DNA of 64,000 nucleotides from assembly GCA_000092065.1 (NCBI GenBank), contig CP000581.1. One strand, written 5' to 3'. This DNA comes from Ostreococcus lucimarinus (lineage: Eukaryota). Below, piece after piece: positions 40,647 to 50,117 of this stretch. The position numbers and the translations under genes are program-made. The notes under the pieces are model-generated. The model worked only from the letters and a program-made list of their open reading frames with translations, had not been told where the DNA came from and did not search any database. The stretch's first letter is position 1. Each line of letters starts with the position of its first letter.

Positions 40647-40803
40647 GTGCGCGAGACGACGGGCGAGGCGAGAGGGACGATTTGTTTTTTCGTCGTTGTT
40701 TGAAAATGAACAACAGCTCCGAGGCGCGAACGCGAACGCGAACGCGAACGAATGGTCGGCGCGAGACTGACGGTGCGGTGACGCGGGTTCGATGTGAACG
40801 CAG
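40647..40803 (+). other. CTPS: Spliceosomal intron (157 nt) in CTP synthase
   Basis: The exon-1 frame hits a stop 19 codons past the donor. CTPS homology resumes at 40804 (SVISKEREGKYLGKTVQVVPHITD). The intron runs GTGCGCGAG...GACTGACGG...GAACGCAG| in phase 0, and contains a (GCGAAC)4 repeat. Confidence 0.8.
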
Positions 40804-42282
40804 AGCGTGATATCGAAGGAGCGCGAGGGGAAGTATCTCGGGAAGACGGTGCAGGTGGTGCCGCACATCACGGATGAGATTCAAGACTGGATCGAGCGCG
40901 TGGCGCACGTGCCGGTGGACGGGACGGATAACGTGCCGGACGTGTGCGTGATCGAGCTGGGGGGGACCGTGGGTGATATTGAATCGATGCCGTTCATCGA
41001 GGCGCTTCGACAGTTTCAGTTTCGAGTGGGGACGGAGAACTTTTGCTTGATTCACGTGTCGCTCGTGCCCGTCGTCGGCGCCGTCGGAGAGCAAAAGACC
41101 AAGCCGACGCAGCACTCGATCCAGGCGTTGCGTTCGGCGGGGTTGTCGCCACACATGCTCGCGTGTCGCTCAAAGCACCCGCTCGAGCAAAGCGTCATGG
41201 ACAAACTCGCGCTGTTCTGCCACGTGAACCCGAAGTGTATCATCAACTTGTGCGACGTGAGTAATATTTGGCACGTGCCGCTGGTGATGCTCGAGCAGGA
41301 CGCGCTGAGGAATATCATGTCCCAACTGCAGCTTCCGTACGCTGATCCGGACATGCAGCAATGGGAGTACCGCGCGAAAAAGTGGGACGCCGTCACGACG
41401 CCCGTCACCATCGCACTCGTCGGAAAGTACACTGGTTTGGGCGACTCGTACTTGTCCGTCACCAAGGCTTTGCTGCACAGCTCCATTGCGTGCGATCGTA
41501 AACTCGACTTGTTGTGGGTCGAAGCGAGCGATTTGGAGGAGGAAACGAAGAGCGAGGATGTGTCCAAGTACGAAGCGGCTTGGGAGAGCGTCAAGAAGGC
41601 GCAAGGCATCTTGGTTCCGGGTGGTTTCGGCGGTCGCGGTACCGAAGGGAAAATGATCGCCGCCAAGTACGCGCGCGAGAACAAGGTTCCGTACCTCGGT
41701 ATCTGCCTCGGGATGCAGTGTATGGTGATTGAGTACGCGCGCAACGTTCTCGGTCTGTCGGACGCGCACTCAACGGAGATGGAACCGGAAACGAAGAACC
41801 CGGCCGTCATCTTTATGCCCGAAGGGAGCAAGACGCACATGGGCGGCACGATGCGTCTCGGCAGTCGAAGAACCATCTTCCAAACGCAGGATTGCATCTC
41901 CTCTCGCTTGTACGGATCGGTGCCGCACGTTGACGAGCGTCACCGTCATAGGTACGAAGTGAATCCGGAAATGGTGCCTCAGCTCGAGGCGGCTGGATGC
42001 AAGTTTGTCGGCAAGGACGACACGCAGTTGCGCATGGAGATTTGCGAAGTCGACGGCCATCCGTTCATGGTTGGCTGCCAGTATCACCCCGAGTACAAGT
42101 CTCGTCCTGGACGACCCTCTCCGCTTTTCATGGGGCTCATCCTCGCCGCGAGCTCTCAACTCGGTGAGTACAACTCGGACGAGGCGATCGCCGTTCGCAA
42201 GAGCGCAGCCTATAGCGAACACAACTCCGTGCTCACCAGTCCACTCAAGGTGCTCCGACAGAACGTCTCCCCATCCAAGTAG
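40804..42282 (+). CDS. CTPS: CTP synthase, exon 2 (synthetase core and glutamine amidotransferase domain)
   Basis: KYLGKTVQVVPHIT, the GATase triad region (GICLGMQ..., H..RYE.N) and the C-terminus are all present. The ORF tool's leading 'M' is a GTG codon downstream of the acceptor. Confidence 0.9.
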   Translation, partial: SVISKEREGKYLGKTVQVVPHITDEIQDWIERVAHVPVDGTDNVPDVCVIELGGTVGDIESMPFIEALRQFQFRVGTENFCLIHVSLVPVVGAVGEQKTKPTQHSIQALRSAGLSPHMLACRSKHPLEQSVMDKLALFCHVNPKCIINLCDVSNIWHVPLVMLEQDALRNIMSQLQLPYADPDMQQWEYRAKKWDAVTTPVTIALVGKYTGLGDSYLSVTKALLHSSIACDRKLDLLWVEASDLEEETKSEDVSKYEAAWESVKKAQGILVPGGFGGRGTEGKMIAAKYARENKVPYLGICLGMQCMVIEYARNVLGLSDAHSTEMEPETKNPAVIFMPEGSKTHMGGTMRLGSRRTIFQTQDCISSRLYGSVPHVDERHRHRYEVNPEMVPQLEAAGCKFVGKDDTQLRMEICEVDGHPFMVGCQYHPEYKSRPGRPSPLFMGLILAASSQLGEYNSDEAIAVRKSAAYSEHNSVLTSPLKVLRQNVSPSK

Positions 42283-42521
42283 ACATCGACATCGTACACT
42301 AATCGCCTCTGAAGTAAGTACTAGGAACTTATACGTTGTAGTTGGCTCATCGTTACACAAATCTATGAACGACTTTCCCTTGAAAGTTTCTCCGCGCCGC
42401 GCGTTCGCCTCTCAGCGCGCGGCGTCCACGCCCGCACACCCAGACCGCGCGCGCGAACGCACCGCTCTCGGTCGTCGACGGCGACGATCGGTGCGCGAGC
42501 GTCCTCAGACGTCTCGCGCGC

Positions 42522-45086
42522 ATGTCGCGCGACGACGCGCGTCGACGGCGCCACCGCGCGTCGTCGCGCGTCGTCTCGACAACGGTCTACTCAAAGGCCG
42601 CGGCATGTTTCATCGTCGCGCTCTTCGCCGTCATCGCGCGCGCGCAGCGACTGCCGACGTACGTGCAGCCGCCGTACTTGCAAAGCATATCGCCGGACAC
42701 GGGGCACGTCGTGGGAGGAACGACGGTGACGATATACGGGGGGGGATTCCAGAATCACGCGGGACTGGCGGCGCGGTTCGCGTATTACGACTCAAACACC
42801 GGGACGGCGGAGGTTGACGTGGTTCGGGCGACGTACGTCGATTACGGCACCATACGAGTGGTGACACCGCCGAGAAAATTTGCGGCGAGCGTGCACGTGA
42901 CGGTGACGAATAACGGGATTGGATACAGCACGACGCCGTTGAATACGGATGACGCGGGGACGTACGCGTTGTTTGAGTACAAATCCAACGCGCCCGCGGG
43001 AAGTTGGACGGTGAAAAACGCCACAGGGCACGCGTTCGGCGGGGCGGTGGTGGAGATTACGAATCCGTCGCACACGACGAGCACGAGATCGACGGATAAT
43101 AATTTTCTCCCCGGGGTGCACCTGCGATGTAGGTTTGGAAATCCATCAGACGCGTCGGCGACGACAAATTTGACGATCGGCACGGCGACGAAGACGGCGG
43201 AACATCCATGGTTCGGGCGTGGTGGTAATATCGGGTACACAGTGACGTCGAACCGCTTGAATGGTGGTTCCGCGATGGAAGGTCCGTCGTTTATTTTACG
43301 ACGAGGAACGACGTACACGTTTACGGTGAGTTCGACTGGACATCCATTTTATTTATCTTCTGTAGAGCCATCCATGTGGGAAAAAAGCAACACGCCAACG
43401 GCCACGCTCACGACGGCGACAGATAGCGGTTCGGTGACCTTCGCGCCGGATTCTAACACGCCAGATTATGTGTTTTATCACAGCACTAGCGGAGCGTTCA
43501 TGGGCGGTATGATCACCGTCGTAGATTCAGGCGCGGCAGATTTCGAGACTGGTGCTGCCAACGCGAATACGGTACGCGCGGAATGGGTTTCATACAACAA
43601 AATCCGCTGTATCGCCCCAACGTCGGTGAGCGCGCTGGACGACAACGCGGATCATGGCGGAAATCAAGTGACAATCTTTGTCTCAAACGACGGCGTATCG
43701 TACCACAGCGGGCAGGGCGGCGCCGACTCGGCAACACCCACTGATGCAGGTACTGGGTCCACGTTCACCTACTTCGGCAACACGGCGTTTACAGACGTTC
43801 CTCTGTATTTTCTTGGGTCTGGCGCTTCGTACAGCGGAGGTGTCGCTCTTGAGTTAACGTCGTCCAAGCACGCCGTGAGCACAATTTACGCTCAAGACGG
43901 CACGAAGGACGGCACTGCGGCGACGGCGTATGCAAGCGCGAAAACATCGCATGCGACGGAAGCGTCACTCGTAGTAGGTTCTGGTAACGCGGACGACCTC
44001 GTGGTAGAGGGAACTTTTACAGGAAACGGAATCGCGTGGTTCGAAATCGTCATCGACGACGCAACAAGTGGCGCTGAAACATTTAGATGGCGACTGCACG
44101 CGGGCGTCGGTTCGAACGTAGCCTGGGTCGAAACCGCCCGAGCAATTCCTGTCGGTGTTTTCGGGGGCACCATATCCCCATCGGGGTTATTGAGTGACGG
44201 AATAAGCATTCGTTTCACGTCTTCCGGAGGCCATCATTTGCTCGGCGACCGCTGGATCGTAAGAGTATACGGTGGCAATCCCAACGTTATTTCCGCACGA
44301 ACAACGCACGAAGAAACGACGTACGCGGCGAGAGGGCCATTCTTTGGAAACACGGAAATCACCATCATCGGTGAATCCTTCTTTCCATCGAATGGTATGT
44401 GGTGCAAGCTATACGATAGCGACACCACCGTCACGCATACCGTGCCGGCGTATTTCGACAACATGAAACGAGTGCGATGCATAACGGAAAAGCATGAGCC
44501 TCGCTCGGGTGGTGAAGTTCCAGGGACTTTTCGACCTTGCTTCTACAAGAATATTCAACTGAGTTTGGATGATAAGTCGACGTTCAGCGTGGTGAAGTCA
44601 GACGTGAAGTTTCTCTACTGCGACATTTACGTTTCAAAATCTGGTTCAGACGCGTACGGTGATGGTACGCCAAACGCGCCGTACCTCACGCTGCAGCGCT
44701 CGATTGAAGCTGCTCTCGGCGAAGCACGGTCGTATGACATTCGTTATAACCTAGACGACCCCGACACGGGCATTCGGCTTCCTTCAGAACATCGCAACGT
44801 CAAGTTTGGCACGGCTTCAAAGATTCCCGTCAATAAAGGCTTTGGTTACTTTGTCAACCGCGACAAGGTGCGCGTCAAGACTGGAACGTACGCTGGAGCG
44901 GGGAACGTAGGATTACACCCTCTCGGTAAGATGCTCGAGGCGGAGGCGAAAGATGGAGCCGTCACTATCGATTGTGGGGCTGAGGGGTACACGGGAATGC
45001 TCGTCAACGGCGATCGTCATGGTACAGAAGAAGTCACGAATTCCGGGAGCGTGTCGTTCTTTGGAATCACTCACGTTAATTGTTAA
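42522..45086 (+). CDS. Secreted/cell-surface protein with multiple IPT/TIG-like beta-sandwich domains
   Basis: N-terminal signal-anchor (AACFIVALFAVIARA). At least three IPT/TIG-like segments are present (PYLQSISPDTGHVVGGTTVTIYGGGF...RVVTPP; ...IRCIAPTS; GPFFGNTEITIIGESFF...RVRCITE). Thr/Gly/Ser-rich throughout. ATG verified at 42522. Confidence 0.5.
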   Translation: MSRDDARRRRHRASSRVVSTTVYSKAAACFIVALFAVIARAQRLPTYVQPPYLQSISPDTGHVVGGTTVTIYGGGFQNHAGLAARFAYYDSNTGTAEVDVVRATYVDYGTIRVVTPPRKFAASVHVTVTNNGIGYSTTPLNTDDAGTYALFEYKSNAPAGSWTVKNATGHAFGGAVVEITNPSHTTSTRSTDNNFLPGVHLRCRFGNPSDASATTNLTIGTATKTAEHPWFGRGGNIGYTVTSNRLNGGSAMEGPSFILRRGTTYTFTVSSTGHPFYLSSVEPSMWEKSNTPTATLTTATDSGSVTFAPDSNTPDYVFYHSTSGAFMGGMITVVDSGAADFETGAANANTVRAEWVSYNKIRCIAPTSVSALDDNADHGGNQVTIFVSNDGVSYHSGQGGADSATPTDAGTGSTFTYFGNTAFTDVPLYFLGSGASYSGGVALELTSSKHAVSTIYAQDGTKDGTAATAYASAKTSHATEASLVVGSGNADDLVVEGTFTGNGIAWFEIVIDDATSGAETFRWRLHAGVGSNVAWVETARAIPVGVFGGTISPSGLLSDGISIRFTSSGGHHLLGDRWIVRVYGGNPNVISARTTHEETTYAARGPFFGNTEITIIGESFFPSNGMWCKLYDSDTTVTHTVPAYFDNMKRVRCITEKHEPRSGGEVPGTFRPCFYKNIQLSLDDKSTFSVVKSDVKFLYCDIYVSKSGSDAYGDGTPNAPYLTLQRSIEAALGEARSYDIRYNLDDPDTGIRLPSEHRNVKFGTASKIPVNKGFGYFVNRDKVRVKTGTYAGAGNVGLHPLGKMLEAEAKDGAVTIDCGAEGYTGMLVNGDRHGTEEVTNSGSVSFFGITHVNC

Positions 45087-45152
45087 GCACATTGATTAGC
45101 TTTAGAATACAACAATGCGTCGTGCGAATGTATTAGTTGCACGTGCCTCCTC

Positions 45153-46457
45153 TCATGTTTCACCATTTTTTTCCTCGGGGGCCGTCTCGCCGGACGCGAC
45201 GAGAAGCGTCAAGTCCGTCCACGATCCGCGTCGGTCTGACTTGCTCAAGCCACCCTTCTTCGGCGAAGACACACCAGCGTGTACTAAATCAGTAAGACTT
45301 CCTTTTCTCGCGTTCTTAAGGTCACCGAACGAGGCAACCTTGACCATATCACTCAGCAAACCCGTACGGCTCGGCACGCGATCCAGCGCAAAATCTCGCT
45401 GAAGGTGCTCAGCTTTGCCCATACCCACGGCTGCGAGCGCGTTGGCACCATCCATGCGCACCATACCAGTCATATTGACGCCACTAGCGATGCGTTTGAT
45501 CGCGGCGTGCGCGGTCTTGATGGCCACCGCTTCCGCCTGCCTGTGATCGTCTTCGGTACCGGGTTCGCTCTCCTCGACTTCTTGAGCGCGTTCGTGGGAT
45601 TCGTATTCGTGTCCACCATCCAAATCCTCGAGTGCGCGTTTTCGATCGTCGCAGAGCACTTCTTCGCGCTCGAAATCCACGGACGATCGTCCGTCGACGC
45701 TCAAGCGAGCCGTGACGTTGAGAGAGCGGCGCGACTTTACGTTGAGTCCACGAAGCGCGCGCTCGGCGGCGGCGGCGGCGGCGGCGAGCTCTGAACTCTT
45801 CTCCGCGATCGTCTTCGCGAAACGATTCGGACTGATGCTTCGATGCCCGTAAATGTAACACCCAGGGGGCACTTCGCTCATCGAGCGCTTGCTCGGTAGT
45901 AGCTCGCTCGCGCCGTCAAAGTTGGCGACGATTACGGTGCCGTCGTCGTCGCGAGTGTACTTCAACTCGTACTCTCCGCTCACGTCTCGAGCCGCGAACA
46001 CGCGCACGCTCTTGGAGTCAAACACGACGAACGCAAACCTTCCGCGAAGTTTCGGCAGCGCCTTGGTGCCGAACGTCTTATACAAGTGACACACCAGCTC
46101 AGCTTCGTAGCACCGTCCGCCGACGAGCTGCCTCGCCGCCTCGAGCGCCGACGGCGCGGTATCCCCTCGTCGTCCCTCGTCCGAGAACAACCGCCACGCC
46201 AAGTAATCAACATTCGTCAGGTGTCCCACGAACGACACGATGAGCTCGTTATCCGTGAACGCCTGTATCCCCGGCCCGACGCTTATCGCCACGCCGCCCC
46301 CGTCCAGCGCGCTGCTCGACTTTTTAAACTCCAGCGCGTTCAGCGCGTCCTCCAGCGCGTCCTCACCGCCCTCGCGCGCCGCCGATCCCGTCTCCCGATT
46401 CACCCGCAGCGTTTTCGGCGGCACGACGCACAGAAACTTCCCCACGCGGTCTCGCAT
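45153..46457 (-). CDS. Class-II glutamine amidotransferase-like / asparagine-synthetase-domain protein (DUF3700-like) with long C-terminal extension
   Basis: The N-terminal 200 aa follow the Ntn-GATase pattern (..ALNALEFKK..D.GGVA..., GHLTNVDYL, RFAFVVFDSKSVRVFAARDVSGEYEL). The C-terminal half is charged and low-complexity. ATG verified. Confidence 0.45.
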   Translation of the reverse strand: MRDRVGKFLCVVPPKTLRVNRETGSAAREGGEDALEDALNALEFKKSSSALDGGGVAISVGPGIQAFTDNELIVSFVGHLTNVDYLAWRLFSDEGRRGDTAPSALEAARQLVGGRCYEAELVCHLYKTFGTKALPKLRGRFAFVVFDSKSVRVFAARDVSGEYELKYTRDDDGTVIVANFDGASELLPSKRSMSEVPPGCYIYGHRSISPNRFAKTIAEKSSELAAAAAAAERALRGLNVKSRRSLNVTARLSVDGRSSVDFEREEVLCDDRKRALEDLDGGHEYESHERAQEVEESEPGTEDDHRQAEAVAIKTAHAAIKRIASGVNMTGMVRMDGANALAAVGMGKAEHLQRDFALDRVPSRTGLLSDMVKVASFGDLKNARKGSLTDLVHAGVSSPKKGGLSKSDRRGSWTDLTLLVASGETAPEEKNGET

Positions 46458-46667
46458 CGTCCCGTCGCGCGACGACGTGCCCCGCGCGCGCTTCGCCGCG
46501 AGCGATCCCGCGCGCGCCTCGGTCCCGTCGCGCCGGCGTCCGCGTCGCCGTCGTCACCGCCGTCGTCGCCGTCGCTCGCGCGCGCGTCGTCGCTCGCTCG
46601 CGCGTCGCTCGCGCGCGCGTCTCGCGTCGTTATCGTCGTCGCGCGCGTCGCCACGTCAGCGCGCGCG

Positions 46668-46790
46668 CCCGCGATCGCGCGCGATCGATCGCGATCGATC
46701 GATCGATCGATCGCGCGCGATCGCGGCGCCGCGATCGATCGACGACGCGCGATCGATCGCGATCGATCGCGCGCGATCGCCGACGTCGCC
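46668..46790. repeat. Array of CGATCG palindromic units (gcgatcgatcgcgatcgatcgatcgatcgatcgcgcgcgatcg...) in a divergent promoter
   Basis: About 16 copies of the 6-bp palindrome CGATCG in tandem or overlapping, lying between the starts of the GATase-like gene (46457, minus) and NUP98 (46964, plus). Confidence 0.8.
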
Positions 46791-46963
46791 GTCTCGTCTC
46801 TCGTATACAAACACTCCAGATCGCCGTCGCGCGTCGACGCGAGGCGCGTCGACGCGCGTGATAAATTAAGTAAATCACACGCGCGCGGCGCCGACGCGTG
46901 CGATTTTCGCCGCGCGCGAGAAATCGCGACGCGCGCGTCGGCACGTCGCGACGCGCGGTCGCG

Positions 46964-49900
46964 ATGGCGTTCGGTGGATTCGGTGGGTTCGGCGCGGCGC
47001 AGCAGCCGCCGTCGCCGTTCGGCGCGGCGCAGCAGCCGCACAGCGGCGCGTTCGGCGCGACGGGGGCTCGACCGGCGACGACGGGCGCGTTCGGCGGTGG
47101 ATTCGGGGGGCAGGGCGCGGCGAGCGGGGGGTTCGGGAGCGCGATCGGCGGCGCTGGGAGCGGCGCGCCGGGCGCGGCGCGGGCGGTGGCGGACGCGTGC
47201 AAGTTTTGGAACCGCGGGAGCTGTAAATTCGGGGCGCGGTGTAACAATAAGCACTGCTGTTCAAAGTGCGGATCGACGGCGCATCGCGCGGTGAGCTGCT
47301 CGATGACGCCGGGGGTGAGCGGATATCGAGCGACGCGGGTGATGGATAAGGAGCTGTTGACGCCGGGGACGTCGTACGCGATGGTGCACTCGATCAGCGC
47401 GATGCCGGAGAATTTGGGGAAGAGCGCGGAGGAGATTCGGGCGGCGGCGTACGCGAGCGCGGATCAGCCGGCGACGAGCGCGGGTGGGTTCGGGGCGCCG
47501 GCGGCGACGAGTCCGTTCGGGGGGACGACGGGGGGAGGAAGCGCGTTCGGGGGGGCGAGCGGGGGAGCGTTCGGAGCGAGCGCGACGCCGGCGAGTCCGT
47601 TTGGGGCGCCGAGCGGGGGTGCCTTCGGAGCGTCGACGTCGACGCCGGGCGGTTTCGGGGCGTCAGCCGCGCCGAGCGCTTTCGGCGCACCGTCGGGAGG
47701 CGGAGCGTTCGGATCATCGCCCACGGGTGGGTTCGGGGCGCCCGCGGCGGCGCCGAGCCCGTTTGGCGGCGCCGCGACGCCGTCCGCTTTCGGAGCGCCC
47801 GCGAGTTCGGCGCCGAGCGGCGGTTTGTTCGGGTCCACGACAGGCGGTTTCGGCGCTTCTCCGGCGTCTTCCGCGTTCGGGGCGCCGTCGACCACGAGCG
47901 CGTTCGGGGCGAGCGCGCCGACGCCGGGTGCTTTCGGCGCCACGCCGTCGGCGAGTCCGTTTGGGGCGGCGCCTTCGACGCCGGGCGCGTTTGGGGCGCC
48001 GGCTTCGACGCCCGCTTTCGGCGCATCGGGCGCGTTTGGCGCCGCACCGACGCCGAGTGCGTTCGGAGCGCCGTCGTCTACGCCCGCGTTCGGTGCAGCG
48101 CCCGCGTCTAGCCCTTTCGGCGCCGCGCCCGCGGCGGCGAGTCCGTTCGGCGCGGCGCCGTCGACGCCGGCATTCGGTGCGGCGCCGACACCGGGCGCGT
48201 TCGGCGCGGCGCCATCATCCGGTGGCGGACTGTTCGGCGCGGCGCCTTCGACGGGTGGTGGTTTGTTCGGTGCGTCTGCGCCTTCCACTCCAGGCGCGTT
48301 CGGCGCGAGCACGCCCGCGCCCGGAGGATTTGGCGCTCCAAAGCCCGCGGGCGGGCTGTTCGGCGCTGCGCCGTCGACGCCAGCGACTGGGGGGCTGTTT
48401 GGTGCTAGTACAGGTGCAACCACTCCTGGCTTCGCCGGTTCAACGCCAGGGTTCGGCGCAGCACCGTCCACGGGTGGTTTGTTTGGCGCCTCGGCTCCGG
48501 CAACCGGAGGCGGCGGTTTGTTTGGCGCCGCGCCGTCTGCGGCGGCGACGCCTGCGTTCGGTGGATTTGGCGCGTCTGCGGCGACACCCGCGTTTGGTGC
48601 ATCTTCTGCGGCGTCCGGTGGTTTGTTCGGTGCATCCGCGCCGACTTCTGCGCCAAGCGGTGGACTGTTTGGCGCCGCGCCGACGTCTTCGCCCGGCGGC
48701 GGTTTGTTCGGCGCTTCGGCACCGGCGACCGGCGGTGCCTTCGGTGGCGGACTTTTCGGTGCCGCGAAGCCCGCGAGCGGTGGACTTTTCGGCGCCGCCC
48801 CGACGACCGGAGCTGCTCCTGGTGGCGGACTGTTTGGTGCGTCGGCTCCGACGTCGGCGCCGAGCGGCGGTTTGTTTGGCGCGGCTCCGACGGCGGGTGG
48901 TGGATTGTTTGGCGCTTCCGCACCCGCCGCTGGAGGTAGCATTTTCGGCGCAGGGGGGCTTGGAGCCTCGCAGCCGGCGATGGGTGCGCTCGTACCTTTC
49001 GGCGCTCAGCCTGCCGTTGCGTCCACTCCGTACGGGTCACCACTTCAGCCTCCGCAGCTCGCGCTGGCGACGACGGACCAAGCCCAAGCGAAGAGATCTT
49101 TGCTCGGTAAGATGCAAAGCCCAGCCGCTGGTGCCGCGGCGACGGCATTCCCAGTGCGTTCGCTGACGCCACGCTCTCCTTGGCTCACGAGCCGCGGTGG
49201 GTTAAGCCGCGAACCGAAGCCGCGTGGCGGCGCGTCTTTGCCGTCTCCTGGAGGCGCGGCACAAGCCATCGGAACACCCACTTCGGCTGCTCGCCCTGGG
49301 AGCGCGGTGTCCGTGGCCACGCCATCGAGTGGTGGGTGGTTGTTCAAGCCACGCGAGAATCCTCGCGCGCTCTTCATTCGCCCAGAGGGTGTTTCTGCTT
49401 CGCCAGCGCCGTCAGTCGCGCTCGCGGTTTCGCCGACGCGCGCAGATCAAAGCCCGGAACGTCGTCAAGTCCATTTCGCAGAGGACAAAGAAAACACTCC
49501 GGGTAAAGGCGCACCGGTTAGTCACAATATCATCATGCCGAAGCTCACTTCTGAAGGCTACAGCATGAACCCGACGCTTGAACAAATGGAAAGAATGTTT
49601 GAGCGCAGCGGCGACGACGCCCTCGCGGCGGTGGACAACTTTTCTGTGTCGAACGAAGCTTTCGGTCGCGTAAAGTGGCTCGAGCCCGTCGATGTTCGTG
49701 GCTTGGATCTCGATAAAATCGTGTCTTTCGAGCAGGCGTGCTTGTGCCTGTACCCCGAAGATCAAGGTATCGAGCCGCCGGAAGAGGGTGAAGGTTTGAA
49801 GAAGCGCGCCGAGGTAACGCTGTACGGAATCTTGCCGAAGAAGTCTGGCACCGCCGCCAAGGAAAAGTATCGCGAGAAGATTGTGAAACAAACCGAAAAA

Positions 49901-49966
49901 GCGGGCGCCGAACTCGTAGAATACAACCCAGATACAGGGATTTGGAAATTCATCCTGCAACTTTGA
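46964..49966 (+). CDS. NUP98: Nucleoporin NUP98-like: GLFG/FG-repeat domain, embedded CCCH+CCHC zinc fingers, C-terminal autoproteolytic (Nucleoporin2) domain
   Basis: More than 60 FG/GLFG repeats. The C-terminus (..KRAEVTLYGILPKKSG....KQTEKAGAELVEYNPDTGIWKFIL) aligns with the NUP98 autoproteolytic domain. At 47198-47299 sits C-x7-C-x5-C-x3-H followed by C-x2-C-x4-H-x4-C. Start is the ATG at 46964 (MAFGGFGGFG). Confidence 0.8.
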   Translation: MAFGGFGGFGAAQQPPSPFGAAQQPHSGAFGATGARPATTGAFGGGFGGQGAASGGFGSAIGGAGSGAPGAARAVADACKFWNRGSCKFGARCNNKHCCSKCGSTAHRAVSCSMTPGVSGYRATRVMDKELLTPGTSYAMVHSISAMPENLGKSAEEIRAAAYASADQPATSAGGFGAPAATSPFGGTTGGGSAFGGASGGAFGASATPASPFGAPSGGAFGASTSTPGGFGASAAPSAFGAPSGGGAFGSSPTGGFGAPAAAPSPFGGAATPSAFGAPASSAPSGGLFGSTTGGFGASPASSAFGAPSTTSAFGASAPTPGAFGATPSASPFGAAPSTPGAFGAPASTPAFGASGAFGAAPTPSAFGAPSSTPAFGAAPASSPFGAAPAAASPFGAAPSTPAFGAAPTPGAFGAAPSSGGGLFGAAPSTGGGLFGASAPSTPGAFGASTPAPGGFGAPKPAGGLFGAAPSTPATGGLFGASTGATTPGFAGSTPGFGAAPSTGGLFGASAPATGGGGLFGAAPSAAATPAFGGFGASAATPAFGASSAASGGLFGASAPTSAPSGGLFGAAPTSSPGGGLFGASAPATGGAFGGGLFGAAKPASGGLFGAAPTTGAAPGGGLFGASAPTSAPSGGLFGAAPTAGGGLFGASAPAAGGSIFGAGGLGASQPAMGALVPFGAQPAVASTPYGSPLQPPQLALATTDQAQAKRSLLGKMQSPAAGAAATAFPVRSLTPRSPWLTSRGGLSREPKPRGGASLPSPGGAAQAIGTPTSAARPGSAVSVATPSSGGWLFKPRENPRALFIRPEGVSASPAPSVALAVSPTRADQSPERRQVHFAEDKENTPGKGAPVSHNIIMPKLTSEGYSMNPTLEQMERMFERSGDDALAAVDNFSVSNEAFGRVKWLEPVDVRGLDLDKIVSFEQACLCLYPEDQGIEPPEEGEGLKKRAEVTLYGILPKKSGTAAKEKYREKIVKQTEKAGAELVEYNPDTGIWKFILQL

Positions 49967-50117
49967 TGAACGGGATGAACGATTTGACACGTCGCGAAAA
50001 ACGGACCGCGCGAAGGAAAGATCCTTCCTAAGCCACCACGGTGAGCGACAAATAAGCACAACATCATTTAGTAGGTTTTGTAATAAGAGACGAATGATCT
50101 CACTACATATGAATGAA

